In this document: piece after piece, positions 12,516-24,600 of the stretch
Layout of the letters: the number at the start of each line of letters is the position of its first letter
Numbering within the stretch: the first letter of the stretch is position 1
Assembly: GCF_018350175.1 (NCBI RefSeq)
Contig: NC_058368.1
Coordinates: 189,784,001-189,848,000, forward strand
Direction: 5' to 3'
Source: Felis catus
Lineage: Eukaryota
Length of the DNA: 64,000 bases
Program-made: the position numbers and the translations under genes
The notes under the pieces: generated by a model
Seen by the model: the letters and a program-made list of their open reading frames with translations, nothing else
Told to the model about the DNA's origin: nothing
Database searches by the model: none

Positions 12516-13369
12516 TAATTCTTAAAGAAACTGAACAGTATCAAGAAAAAGAACCCTCTAAGTAATCAAATTTGCCATCTCTGACAATAGATGAGCAATA
12601 TATACAGGGAACACACATTGCAGAAAGGGCTTTCCGATTATTCAGCCCATTCTCCCAAGTTGGCAAGAAATTCTTTTGGCTTACCAGAGTTCTTTAGCCT
12701 GAAAATTAAACACAGGTAAAAGAACATAATGTATTCCCGTGTTGGAACTAATTTATAGCTAATTATGATTTGTGGATAAATTTAGCTAATGAATTATTAG
12801 TTGGAGTAATTTTGTTAATGCGTAACAATAGGCATGTTTTGTATTTGAGTTTGCCAATTGTTTTAGAATGTCTTTTGACATGCAAATTTGTTTAGTTTCA
12901 AAATTCTTAGGAAAGTATGTAAGTTCTACATAATTCAAATATCAATAATTTTTTTCAATTTCCACATAAATTCACCATTCACCATTATGTGGTAAATGTG
13001 TATGCATGCTTTTGAAATGTTTCACTCAAAAATTCTCATTCAGATAGCCTTAAATTTTTAAAATAGCAAAAATATATGCATTGAAAATTCAGTTTCCTGG
13101 TTTTTTTTGACTTTTGTTTTCATGTATTTTTAGAAGATCGTTAAAGAATAATGCAAATAAATATACTGAGGATTTTTTTCTATTGATTTTTCTCATATTT
13201 GTTCTTCAGCTTAGGGTTGTTGATTAAAACTTTTTATTTGCAGCTAAACCACAATGGTTAAGTAACATCCTTAGTTTGATGTGTTTGCCTTATATTTAGA
13301 AGTTTGGTACTGAATGGGCTTTTGAAGTGTGGCTCATTTCTCATGAAGCCAAATAAAAATTTTAACCCT

Positions 13370-13730
13370 GCAGTCTGCTCTCCACACAGCAATGATTGAT
13401 TCTTGAAAAATACTAAATCAGATCTGTCTCAGCTTTTCAAGTCACTTCTCATCTCCCTGCCTCTCAGCCTGTACTCGATCTGGCTCTCTGCTACCCCCTC
13501 TGACCCCGTCTTCCATTACTCTCTGATTCTCTGTTCACTTTCTGTTTAAAATAGCATGCATCCACCTAAGTCACTCATTTCCACCTCTGCTTTTATTTAC
13601 ATGTATTCTGCTGCTGCCTCTAGGATGTGAACTCCTTGAAGGCAGGGACTTCGTCTTGTTTACTGCTGTATTACTAACTCTTAGAACAGTGTATATTATA
13701 TAGTAGGTGCTCAATAAATATCTTTGACTA
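13370..13730 (+). mobile_element. L2 3' fragment
   Basis: tgtgaactccttgaaggcagggacttcgtcttgtttactgctgta...tagtaggtgctcaataaata. Confidence 0.75.
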
Positions 13731-14327
13731 TGTTAAGTTTGATAAGCTGATTTATATTACTGAAGAAATCTTCTAAGTCCATGTATTTCTAATAAAAGCT
13801 AATAGTTATTTAGTATCTCCCATGTGCCAATAAGAATTATGACAAATTGTTATCATCTTCAATTTATTGATGAGCAAATAGGCCACAGAGAAGTCCAGGA
13901 ACTTGCTGAAAGTAACACATCTAGAAAATAGAGTCTAGATTTAAATATAGGTGTTTACTTTCAGAACATATATTTAACAGTTTTTGCTAACTTTTACAAG
14001 ACATAAGTATCAAAAAAATATTTTACTATAATAAAGGTGAGTTGCCAGTGTATACTTTATACTAATTAAAAATTACTTGGAGAAATATTCATAATATTTA
14101 AAATTTCTGCACCAAATTCATTGAGTGTTTATTCTTTTTTCCCCCCATATGTACCTGTCATAAAAGAAAAATTTTCTGGACTCTTGATGTACTTTGAATA
14201 ATGTCTATATGTTAGATGCCCCTCAACAGAAGGAAAGCAAACAGATATTTATGTAGGTGCAAAAGAAAATCTTTAGCTATTATAATGAAGGTATTCACTA
14301 CTTAATCCTAAAATTTGTGACATTTAT

Positions 14328-14636
14328 GGGGCGCCTGGGTGGCTCAGTTGGTTGAACATCCAATTTTGACATAGGTCGTGACCTTGCAGTTCGTGAGTTT
14401 CATCCCTGCATCGGGCTCACTGACTGAGCCTGCTTTGGATCCTCTTTCCCCCACTCTCTCTGCTCCTCCCCTGCTTGTACTTTCTCTGTCTCAAAAAAAA
14501 AAAATTATATATATATATATAATATATATATATAATATATATATATATATTATATATATATTATATATATAATATATATATATAATATATATATATATTA
14601 TATATATATATTATATATATATAATTTTTTTTTAAG
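14328..14636 (+). mobile_element. CanSINE with expanded (TA)n tail
   Basis: GGGGCGCCTGGGTGGCTCAG start; TSD TGTGACATTTAT (14316-14327 / 14637-14648). Confidence 0.95.
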
Positions 14637-15223
14637 TGTGACATTTATAAACATTATGTGCTTCAGAATTAGTAGTCCTCTGTAACCAGCTTCCACAACT
14701 TATTAAAGTTTCAGATAGTTTTTTGATTGTGGTCTTTGCTGTGCCCTTAGTGCTGTGTCATATTAATCTGTAATTTATGCCCAACTTTTCTCAGTTTTTC
14801 TTCAGACTGAGTATTTAGAAATAATTTTTCTTAGTCCATTATATACTTATCCAAGTACTGTATTTTTGGCATAGATTGTTAAGTATTAAAATGTTATGCA
14901 GTAACTGAAAATATATTACTGATATCCTTACTAATCTTGGCCATACCTCATAAAGGTCCTTCAATGAGTGCTCATTTAACATCTACCATGAGCCCTGTAG
15001 GGTACTATGAGGGACAGACCTTATGGTTCCAGTGGCATTTATGATTCTGTCAAGCAGATGCACTTGAAAAACACATGAAAAGCACATGAACAAGAAATAG
15101 AGAGTAATACAAGATGGTATGATATCTGAATTTAGGGTACAGGATGTAAATATTTTTGAAATTCAGAGAATAAAAAGAACAGGACTGAGCAAAAATTCAT
15201 GAAGGAGATACATCCTGAGACAC

Positions 15224-15422
15224 TTTTTTTTAAGTGTTTATTTTTGAGAGAGAGAGAGAGAGTGAGCAGGGGAGGAGCAGAGAGAGGGAGACACAGAATC
15301 TGAAGCAGGCTCCAGGCTCTGAGTTGTCGGCACAGAACCCAAGGCAGGGCTCCAACCTACTAGGAAGATCATGACCTGAGCCGAAGTCAGACGCTTAACC
15401 AACTGAGCCACCCAGGCGCCCC
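15224..15422 (-). mobile_element. CanSINE
   Basis: SINE body ending ...ctgagccacccaggcgcccc. Confidence 0.95.
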
Positions 15423-16344
15423 CTGCCCCCGGTTTTTTTTTTTTTAAAGCATATTTACCTGAAAGGAAGATGAGGCTGAATAAGGTATCAAACATGAAGT
15501 GCAAAATCTGAAACAGGTGAAATAATGATGTAGATTCACTGATAAGAACCTGCACCCAGATGGTTGTGAACATAGGGTGACATCAGTGAATACTCTGAGA
15601 ATATGTCCCATTGAAAAAGGAAGTCCCCTTTCTATTCCAATCAAATAGTCCAAATTAAATAATTTGAAGTATAGTTACTTGGGTTTTTTTAGAGCTTGAG
15701 GGGGAATAAATTATAAGGGTCTCAAAATTTTGATAGGTTCTAGAAGTAATTTCCTTTATATCAGAAAAGTTGAATCTAGTTTTCAGGATTTGGAAGTACA
15801 TTTGGATAAATCCATGTTTAATCAATCAAGGATGAAAATGAAAAACTATTAATTTAAATGAAATATCAAAGTATTTGACATATGGAGGTAGTTTTATAAA
15901 CTTATCATTGTTGAGGTAGGTGCAGGATTTCTCGTTTTAGCATTGTTGATAGGATTTTTTAGTTACATACTTTTGGTTAGTGTTTGATATTTGGCAGTGT
16001 TTCTGAACTTAATCAGATAGAAAAAAAAATCTGTTAGTCATGTAATCACACTGTAAATATCAGGCATTTGTGTCTACAAAGATGTAATTTTCACATGTTG
16101 TCCCAGTGCAGAATATCTCATCAATTTATCATTCTCTCAGAAGAGTTTTATGCTTTTTCTTTTTTAAGGTTAACTAATTTCAGTACTTCCTTTTAGATTT
16201 TTTTCCTGAAGGAGTTAGGCAATATGTTTAATAAAATTATCTTAATAGGGTATTTTAAGCAGAAGTAGGGTGCCACATATTTGAAAAAATAAATGGTCTT
16301 GAGTGTGTCCAAGTTGAGCAGATTGCTTTGGATTTCAACTTTAT

Positions 16345-16559
16345 TTATTTATTTAAAAAATTCTTTTAATGTTTATTTATTTTTGAGAGAGAATGAGCAG
16401 GGGAGGAGCAGAGAGAGAGAGGGAGACCTAGAATCCGAAGCAGGCTCCAGGCTCCGAGTTGTCAGCACAGAGCCGACTCAGGGCCCAAACCCACGAACCG
16501 TGAGATCATGATATGAAGTGAAGGTGGACACTTAACCGACTGAGTCACGCAGGTGCCCC
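16345..16559 (-). mobile_element. CanSINE
   Basis: SINE body; near-TSD TCAACTTTAT / TCAATTTTAT. Confidence 0.93.
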
Positions 16560-18298
16560 TCAATTTTATGTTTAAATGAGTGGTGGAAGGGGTATTGAAG
16601 GGGAGACCTGATAAATTAAGAGATTTTTGTCCACTTCTGCTGTATAAAACAGGATAAGGTCAACTTTCCAGGACTGTTAAGAGAATTAAATGAGTTAATG
16701 TATTGTGGAAATGTTACCAGTGAGTTCTCAATACATTCTTGTTTATTGCTTTCATTTTGTTTATTTAGTTTTGTCATTGTGAGACAGCTTTAAAAAGTGA
16801 TAACCCAAAATTAAAAGAGAGAGATGAACAAAGACTGTTCTATTAGAATTAAGTAGAGTAACAATTCCTTAGATTAGTTCCAGTTAATAGAAATTTAGAA
16901 GTTGGCAGAAATTTTTTAATAAACTTTTAAACCCCTTTAACAGTAAAATTTTACTATTAAAAGTATTTTAGTGGCTATTCTATCCATACCTGTAAAAAGC
17001 TAGAACACAAATAAAATTCTTAACACTATACTTATTTTTAAATACTTTAGATATTTGATCTGTTTGTGAAACCATATGATAGCTCCTGACAAGAAAAAGA
17101 TCACATTGTCCTTTCTTTATAAAAAAAATTTTTTGATTTACTAACTAAACAACTTAAACAACTGTCATCAATAGGGAAAGATTTGTTTCACCATTAACAC
17201 ACAAAACAATGCAAGTCTAAAGCTTCTTTAAATAGAGTAGGAGTGGTTTTGGTTGTTGAATAGGAATAATATTCCATACTTTAAAAAAAAAAAAAAAAAG
17301 AGGACCTTGAGAGATTAGGCTTTTAAATTTTATTACCTTGGAAGCTTAGATTTTTAAAATTCATTAGAAATTGCACTTGAGGAACTGGTACCTGAATTGA
17401 TAATGTGTATCACAGGATATACAATTGAATTTGTAATCACTGGTATTTCCACAACTTTCCAATAAACATTTTATGCTAAATATTTGACTAAAAGTTTTTC
17501 TAGCAAGTGGGAATGGGCGTCCTAGTTATTTAGAGTCATGAATATTCTATCACTATTGTATCTAAATATAACATTTTGCTAGCTTTTATTAACTTGCCAT
17601 TAAATATGGTAATAGGCTACTGTGATACGTGGAAACTTTGGAATTAGAAGTCCTGAGAGTTTCATTGAGGGTGTTTTTGTCCTATTTATTAGTTGAGTAA
17701 AATGTTTCACTGTGAGGATTTTTTACTCATATCAATACTTAAGACTGCTTGACATGCTAACATGGTTTGACACAGGAGATGTGGTGTTTGGTTTACCTAA
17801 AGGATAAAATTTGTGTAAGTTACATTACTAATTGTTCCTTCACTATAACTTAAATATAAAATGACATTAATTTTAAAGATCTGGTAAGCCTCAATTTCAT
17901 TATGTGTTTTAACTCTGATAAACTTTAACAATTAAACTTAATGCATTTTGTATCTAAAAGCATAATGGACACTCTGTATCTAAACTCTTTGATGCTTTAA
18001 TGGAAGAGTGATTGGGCTTGAGAAAGCTAGTTCTTGCCTAGTTCAAGACTGAAATATATGATCTCCAAATTGTAGAATCAAGAAAATGATAGCTCAAAAT
18101 GAAAAGGAAATAAGCCCAACCAATGATTTTCATGAAGTTTGACTTCATTCCAAGTTATGTATGTTACCTAGAGAGATAAATTTAAAAAAAAAAAAAAAAA
18201 TGATTGAGGTAAGAGTCACACAACATTAACCATTTTAAAATGCTGAATTCAGTGACATTTAGTATATTCACAATATTGTGCAATTAGGCAGATTTTTA

Positions 18299-19455
18299 AA
18301 TAAACTTTTATTCTGAAATTTAAATTTTAACAATAGTAAGGAAAACACCTGTATATCCTTTACCCACATTCACCAATTTTTAAGATTTTGCCATATTTGC
18401 TCGACATTCGCTCTTCCTCTTCCACTCTGCATGCGCATGCACACACACTCACTCACACACACACTTTCCTGATCCCTTTAAAAGTAGGTTACATGCCCCC
18501 TTTACCTCCAGAGTTCAGTGTGCATTTCCTAAGAACAAAGATGATTCTCTCACATGGCCATAGTATGGATATTAGATTCAGAAAACTTAACATTGAAACA
18601 GTAATTTTATCTCTTTGTAGTCCATATTCTAATTGTGTCAGTTGTCTCATTCCAGTGCACAGTTCTGTCCAGAATCATGTATTTAATTGTCATGACTCTT
18701 TAAGTCTCCTTTAATGAAGAGTTCTTTAATCTTTCTTTGCCTTTCACGATGTTGGTATTTTTGAACATAATAGGCCAGTTATTTTATAGAATATTCCTCA
18801 ATTTAAGGTTAGCTGGTGTTTCCTCAGGTAAGTATTCTGAGCTGGGATATTACATTAAGTAATAACCTGTCCTTTTCAGGAGGAAAACAAGGTGTGTATG
18901 CTCTTTTAATTTTGAGCACTCAGTTAAAGGCGTTGTCTGGTTTCTCCCTTATGTAGTTGTTTTTCTCGTTGCAACTAATAAATAGTCTGTGGGGAGATAC
19001 TTTAAGATCTCTCCTCATCAAACTCCGTCCCCCTCCCCCCCCCCAATTTAGCATCTACTGATGCTTCTTCCTTGATGTGATAGTTAAAAATGATGACTCC
19101 TCCCTCTTGAACCACCTTCCCCCACAATCCGTCCTTCAATATATAATTACCAGTTTACTGTAAGGAAGAGCTCTCATTTTCCCCCCTCTGTATATCCCTC
19201 CTTTGTGGATTTTCATTTTATTCAGTGCCTTGTAATCCCTACTGTCCTTATTTATTTCAGTACTCAAATTGTCACAGATTTGGTCAACAGGAGCCTTGTA
19301 AAGTTGGCTTATGTCCTTTTGGCACTTTTCTTTTTTTAAGCATTTTCTCACTTTCTGGCACAAGATGTGTGAACCTTTTTCTGTACTTTTACTCCCTCAT
19401 CCATGGAATGAGCCATTTCTCCAAGGACCCTTGGTTTTGATTACTTTTAGTGGTG
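18299..19455 (-). mobile_element. Old L1 3' region (L1MC/L1MD-like)
   Basis: tgcatttcctaagaacaaag...ttctct...aacttaacattga and ggaatgagccatttctccaaggacccttggtt motifs; flanked by the direct repeat AGGCAGATTTTTA. Confidence 0.75.
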
Positions 19456-20629
19456 AGGCAGATTTTTAGAATGAAGATTATATATAGAGATTTTTGTTGT
19501 AATTAAGATGTTGCTAGAATTTCTTAGTATGTAGAAACACCTATAGTACAAAGAGTTGGCACATGGGACAAAGAAGTTTTTTGAAGTGTGGTGGTGATTT
19601 TCTTTTGGATAATTAAGGTTTTATTTTCAAATTGTGAAACTTTAACGGAATTGCTGTTCTCTCCATGCTTTTCCCACTTGCAGCAATGTAATTTGCTTTC
19701 CATAAATCAATGAAGTATGAAAAGACAAAAATCGCAGCATGTGCTTTACAAGTGTATATATTGTAGATAATCTGATTATGTCAATAAAATGCTCCCGTAG
19801 AATGTATTCTTCCAGTGGTATTCCCTGTTACAGCCATCTACCTGTAATTCATATACTTCTCTCCTGTGATACCTTGTTTGGATTTTGAATTGTTTATGCT
19901 AGCTGCTGATTACTGAGTAATTTAAGTCTCAATTATGGCAGCACTATTCTAATTAGAATGCTGGATGTTGGCACTTAATTTAGCAAACAAGCGTAAAATG
20001 TCTGTGTGACATTTGTAGAAATAAGTATTGAGGATTAATTTTCTGTAGATAATCTTAGGATGTATATCTTAAGTATAGACTTATGCTTACTGTATCTGCA
20101 AACCAAATACATAACTCATTTGGAATATGAAATCCTTTTGACTTAAATTGGAAAAAAATGGCTATAGTTGAGAGTGGCATTTTTCCAACAATTACAAAAA
20201 ACATTGTGTGTGTGAAGAAGCAGCAAAATTACACAAGTTTAAATAATTAAAACAAATACAAGTAATTGGCACATTGAGAGTAGAAGAGTTTGACAAAATT
20301 AATGGAGATGCAACATTGGTGTTTGATTTCAACATAGGTAGTATCCCTTTGGCCATGTTGGAATTTATGAGGAGTAATTTGAAAATAACATACCCACATT
20401 CCTTTTAGACTGATAACATTTTTTCAGATAGAGGTGTTTTTTGTGTTTTTTTTTTATAATATATGATGGTAATCCTCTTTTAGTGAATGAATTAAAATGT
20501 ATTCTTAATGTTTATATAATCTCTGATAAAAAGACTGAAATTATAGGCATGCTTCTCATGTGAGATGGCCAAATGACAGAGGATGAGGTGTTACTAAGGA
20601 TTGCAGGAAGCCACAGGATGACCTAGTTT

Positions 20630-21150
20630 ATTATTTTCACGAATATTTATTGATTATTTGGAACTCTTTAAGATACTCGAAGTGTAGTTATAAACAAGTT
20701 TTGGTGGGGAGAGACAAATAAAAACAAATAAAATAATTACATTTTTTAAGTGTTATGAAGGAAAGGGACTGAAGTAGAATGATGAATGGGAGGGACTGTT
20801 TTAAGTAGGATTGGAGAAGGAGACCTTTCTGAGGACATGGCATTTATGTTAAGACTTAAAAGATTTTAAAGTATAGCACAGAGAGTAAAGGAAAGTATCC
20901 CAGAGAGAAGATGCTGTGGAGCAAGCAAAGTGGAGAAAGAGCTGGTGAGAAAGAGAACAGTGTGGCAAGAACGTGGAAGAAGGTAGTCTCAGGGAATGTT
21001 TGGCCATTGCATGGAATTTGGATTTATTTTAAGTATAATAAAAAGCTGGTGAGGAATTTTGATAAGCAAGAATGTGAAATGATTCCACTTATGTAGCTAC
21101 TCTTGGTGCCGAGTTGGATAATGGATCAGAGGGGGACAAGTAGAAAGAGG
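20630..21150 (-). mobile_element. L2 fragment
   Basis: aatatttattga...gtggggagagaca...gacctttctgaggacatggcattt...ggaatttggattttatttt. Confidence 0.6.
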
Positions 21151-21447
21151 CAGTGGTTAAAATTGTGATTTTATCATAAGAGGTTAGGATCAGAATCTCT
21201 GAACTTCATTTGTGGATTCAGACTACCTAGGTTGAAATCCTAAGCATACCACATTTATCTCTGGATTCATACTACCTGTGTTGAAATCCTAAGCATACCA
21301 CTTAATAGTTGTATTAAGCAAGATACTTAACCTCTTTGTGCCTCGGTTTCCTTATCTGTGAATGGGAATGGTGATGTTAACTGCCTCATAAAGTTGATAG
21401 ATCAGATGAATTGTTTGTAAAGGGCTTAGGACCTTGCCTGGGCCATA
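21150..21447 (+). mobile_element. MIR with internal tandem duplication
   Basis: acttaacctctttgtgcctcggtttccttatctgtgaatggga core; duplicated 40-mer at 21213 and 21262. Confidence 0.8.
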
Positions 21448-21872
21448 GAGTTAGGTAAGGCCTAACTCTTTTGCACAGCTCTTCTTTAGTAACAGATCGT
21501 GCAAAGCAAAGACGTGGTTCCAGTATGTACCAGTTTCAGTTAACAGGGCGCCATGCAAAATGAGGGCTGTTTATATGAGAAGTACAGCATCTGTAGTCAC
21601 CCTTGATGACTCCTAAATCGATAGTTGACACTGAGCATAAGTAAGAGATTTAAAGTTTTTGAAGTATTTTTTTAGCCTTTGATTTCAATGTTTTAGCTCT
21701 AAACATGTTTCTGTGGACATAGAATTCTGCCAACATGTCTTAACATTTTAAGTCTTTGCTAGCGGTTACTAAGTTAACTTTAGGGGATATAGCAAATTAA
21801 CAAGTCTTTATGGCCATGCCTTCAGAAGACCTGAGATTGAAACTTTATTCCAGGATAGCTTCATTTCTTTTC

Positions 21873-21974
21873 TTTTTTTTTTTTTAAGTAGGCTCCACAC
21901 CCAACATGTGGCTTGAACTCACGACTCTTGAGATCTAGTCGCAAGCTCTACTGACTGAGACGGCCAGGTGCCCC
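21873..21974 (-). mobile_element. Short CanSINE (no CT tract)
   Basis: T-run then aagtaggctccacacccaac...gcttgaactcacgac...gccaggtgcccc. Confidence 0.85.
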
Positions 21975-22268
21975 ACCATGATGGCCTTTTTAAAAATTTT
22001 TTGAGAAAGTGATATTTCTCACGTCATTCTCTTTGTATATTTGTTGGTCAGAGATTGTTTATTTTAGCCCCCTCTGTTCGTATCTTAATCTCCGTTTGTT
22101 TGTTTGTTTCTTTGTTTGTTTTTGTCTTTGTCTTCCATCACCCTCTCTCTTACCAAGAGATTATAGATTTCATTTGTGTATTCACTGGTCAGTTATTAAA
22201 TACCCATTTTATATGAGACATTCATGGTTAGGTACTAAGAGGGGAATAAAAATGCATAGTATATGCTA

Positions 22269-22903
22269 TAGTCAGTTCTTGTTATTTGAGGTGCATAGGT
22301 TCTACTAGAGTCACCACAAAAACTGAATTAGCAAATGCCGAACCATTGTTCCCAGGTTAGATTCCTCTGGGCCTCTAGTCACATTTCATCATCCAGTCAG
22401 TGCATAACCATGTTTTGTGTCTGTTTCTGTATGAAGATGTCTCAATATACATACTGTTTTCAGTGACACTGAGCTCAGGGCCCAACAACACGTTACAAAG
22501 CTTATCTGACAGGTATTTTTTCTGTAAGGCACATTACAGCATACTTACACATAGAAACTCTAGACAGCACTTCAGCACCAGGCTTAGAGATCATTAAACA
22601 GCGAAATCACCAACAAAAAGCACAAAGATGTGAAAAATAATGGCATTGCATAAACCAGTGAACAGACACTTGTTTATGGCATGAGAACTAAAGGCAGAAC
22701 ATTGCCTTTTGGCCTCACCTGAGAATGTGCCCAACAGATGAGTCAAATCTTTCACTCCTTGCACATATTCACAAATGACCATGAAAGTGCTGTGAATATT
22801 GATTTTAGTCTTACAAAATTTTAGTAATGCTAAAATTTTAGTAGTGCTCATTTTAGTGAGCACATTCACAAATACAGAATCCTCAAATAAGGAAGATCAA
22901 CTA
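22269..22903 (-). mobile_element. Non-autonomous TcMar-Tigger element (MER6-like)
   Basis: Imperfect TIRs TAGTCAGTTCTTGTTATTTGAGG / CCTCAAATAAGGAAGATCAACTA, each flanked by TA; internal tagacagcacttcagcac...aaacagcgaaatcaccaacaaaaagcac. Confidence 0.8.
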
Positions 22904-23379
22904 TACTTGTTTTTTAAAAACTTACAGTGTTTTAAGGGGGAATTAAGATATGTTCATACATAACTATTACATAGGGTACAATATAATTCATAAAAGTTAT
23001 AAATGTAATGTTTATTTTACCATAGGAAGGGGAGGTTATGGGTTGGCAGGAATCAGGAGGACTTTACTTTTGCATCTTTGTTAAAAACTAGGTTTGAGTT
23101 TTACTGAAAGGAGATAATTCTGGGAGTGAACAGTTACTGAGGTAAGAAAGGGCATGTTTAAATTTCAGTTGTTATCCCGTAAAGGAAATAAAACAGAAGC
23201 AGTGGGAAGAAAGGCTAGGCAGGTAGATTGAAGCCAGATCAGGTAGGTCCTGAACACCAGAACTTTTTGAGTCAAAGGGAAGAAGCTATTTAACCTATTT
23301 GCTCAATTACTTAATATTATGGAACATCTGCTATCACCAAGTCTGTTACAGGCACTGGGGATCTTTAAAGTGAGAGACA

Positions 23380-23540
23380 GGGGTGCCTGGCTGGCTCAGT
23401 CAGTTAAGTGTCTGACTCTTGATTTCGGCTCAGATTATGATCTCATAGTTTGTGAGATCGAGCTCCGCGTCAGGCTCTGTGTTGACAACACAAGACTGCT
23501 TGGGATACTGTCTGTTTGTTTCTTTCTCTTTCTTTCTTTT

Positions 23541-23575
<35 letters not shown>

Positions 23576-23716
23576 CTCTCTCTCTCTCTCTCTCTCCCTC
23601 TCCCTCTCTCTCTCTCTCTCTCCCTCTCTCTCTCCCCTTCTCTCTCTCCCTCTCTCTCTGCCCTCTGCTGCTCATGCTGTCTCTCTCTCAAAATAAATAA
23701 ACTAAAAATTAAAAAT
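23380..23716 (+). mobile_element. CanSINE with expanded (TTTC)n/(TC)n tract
   Basis: GGGGTGCCTGGCTGGCTCAG start; about 170 bp of mostly pyrimidine repeats; near-TSD AAAGTGAGAGACA / AAAGATAGAGACA. Confidence 0.95.
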
Positions 23717-23729
23717 AAAGATAGAGACA

Positions 23730-24600
23730 ACTTGTGTCCTCTGGATGTTTTCAGTCCAGAGGGGGAGACAAGAAAACAAATGTGCCTGTTATAGTACACT
23801 AGTTTTAGTTTTAGTTCAAGAGCAGGGTGCTATGAAGAGCATATAGGCAGATCCCCAGAGTTAAAGGAAGGTTTCTTGGAGGAAGTGGCATTTAAACTAA
23901 ACCCTGATGATAAGGTGAAGTGAGGCTGGTGACAGGGCTGGGTGGGTAGAGGACTTACAGACAGGAAACAATTCATGCAAAGGCCTTGAGGTGAGAATGA
24001 TGGTGATGGGACTGAAAGAATAAATTGATATCCCACATGAAAGACTTTTTGTCATGTTAAGGAATTTGGACTTCATCTTGAAGGCTTCCAACGGAAGTCT
24101 TTGTTGGATTTAAAAAATGGGGGCTCAGTTACATAGGATTTGTATTTCAGCAAGAGTTCACTTTGGCTCCGGTCTGGTGGGAGATAGAGGAAAAGCAGAG
24201 ACATTAGTTATAAGATTGTTGGCAATAATCTGGGTGGGAAATGGTCGTGACCCTGCGCTTAGGTAGTGGCAACGTGGGTAGGGAGAAGTAGATGGACATA
24301 TTAGAGACACTTAGGAACCACCGTAGGTAGAAAAGTCCAGGAAAATGGACTTTTAATGCTGAATAGGAGGGGAGGGAAGTAATGAATTATGATGTTGAAG
24401 CCGTAACTCTGGATGGTACTGTCCACTGATAACACAAAGAGGAAAATACTTGGGGAAGGTGGTGATGAATTTGTGGTGGACCACATGGCCAACGGTAAAT
24501 ATATTAGGAAGCTGAATCTAGTCATGGTTTGAAGGATAAGTGGAGAACACACCCCAAATGGAGACATTGTTAAATGTTGGAGCCTAGACTAGAGATGTAG
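23730..24600 (-). mobile_element. L2 fragment (continues to the left of the SINE from about 23290)
   Basis: ggaaggtttcttggaggaagtggcatttaaact...tgcaaaggccttgagg...catgttaaggaatttggacttcatc. Confidence 0.7.

Noticed and set aside
21447..21575. 9-bp hairpin AGAGTTAGG/CCTAACTCT and a neighbouring Tigger-like end
   Set aside because: Too short and diverged to assign; a 9-bp stem is plausible by chance in 64 kb.
23319..23799. ER-rich and SL-rich ORFs
   Set aside because: Artefacts of the (TC)n/(TTTC)n expansion in a SINE.
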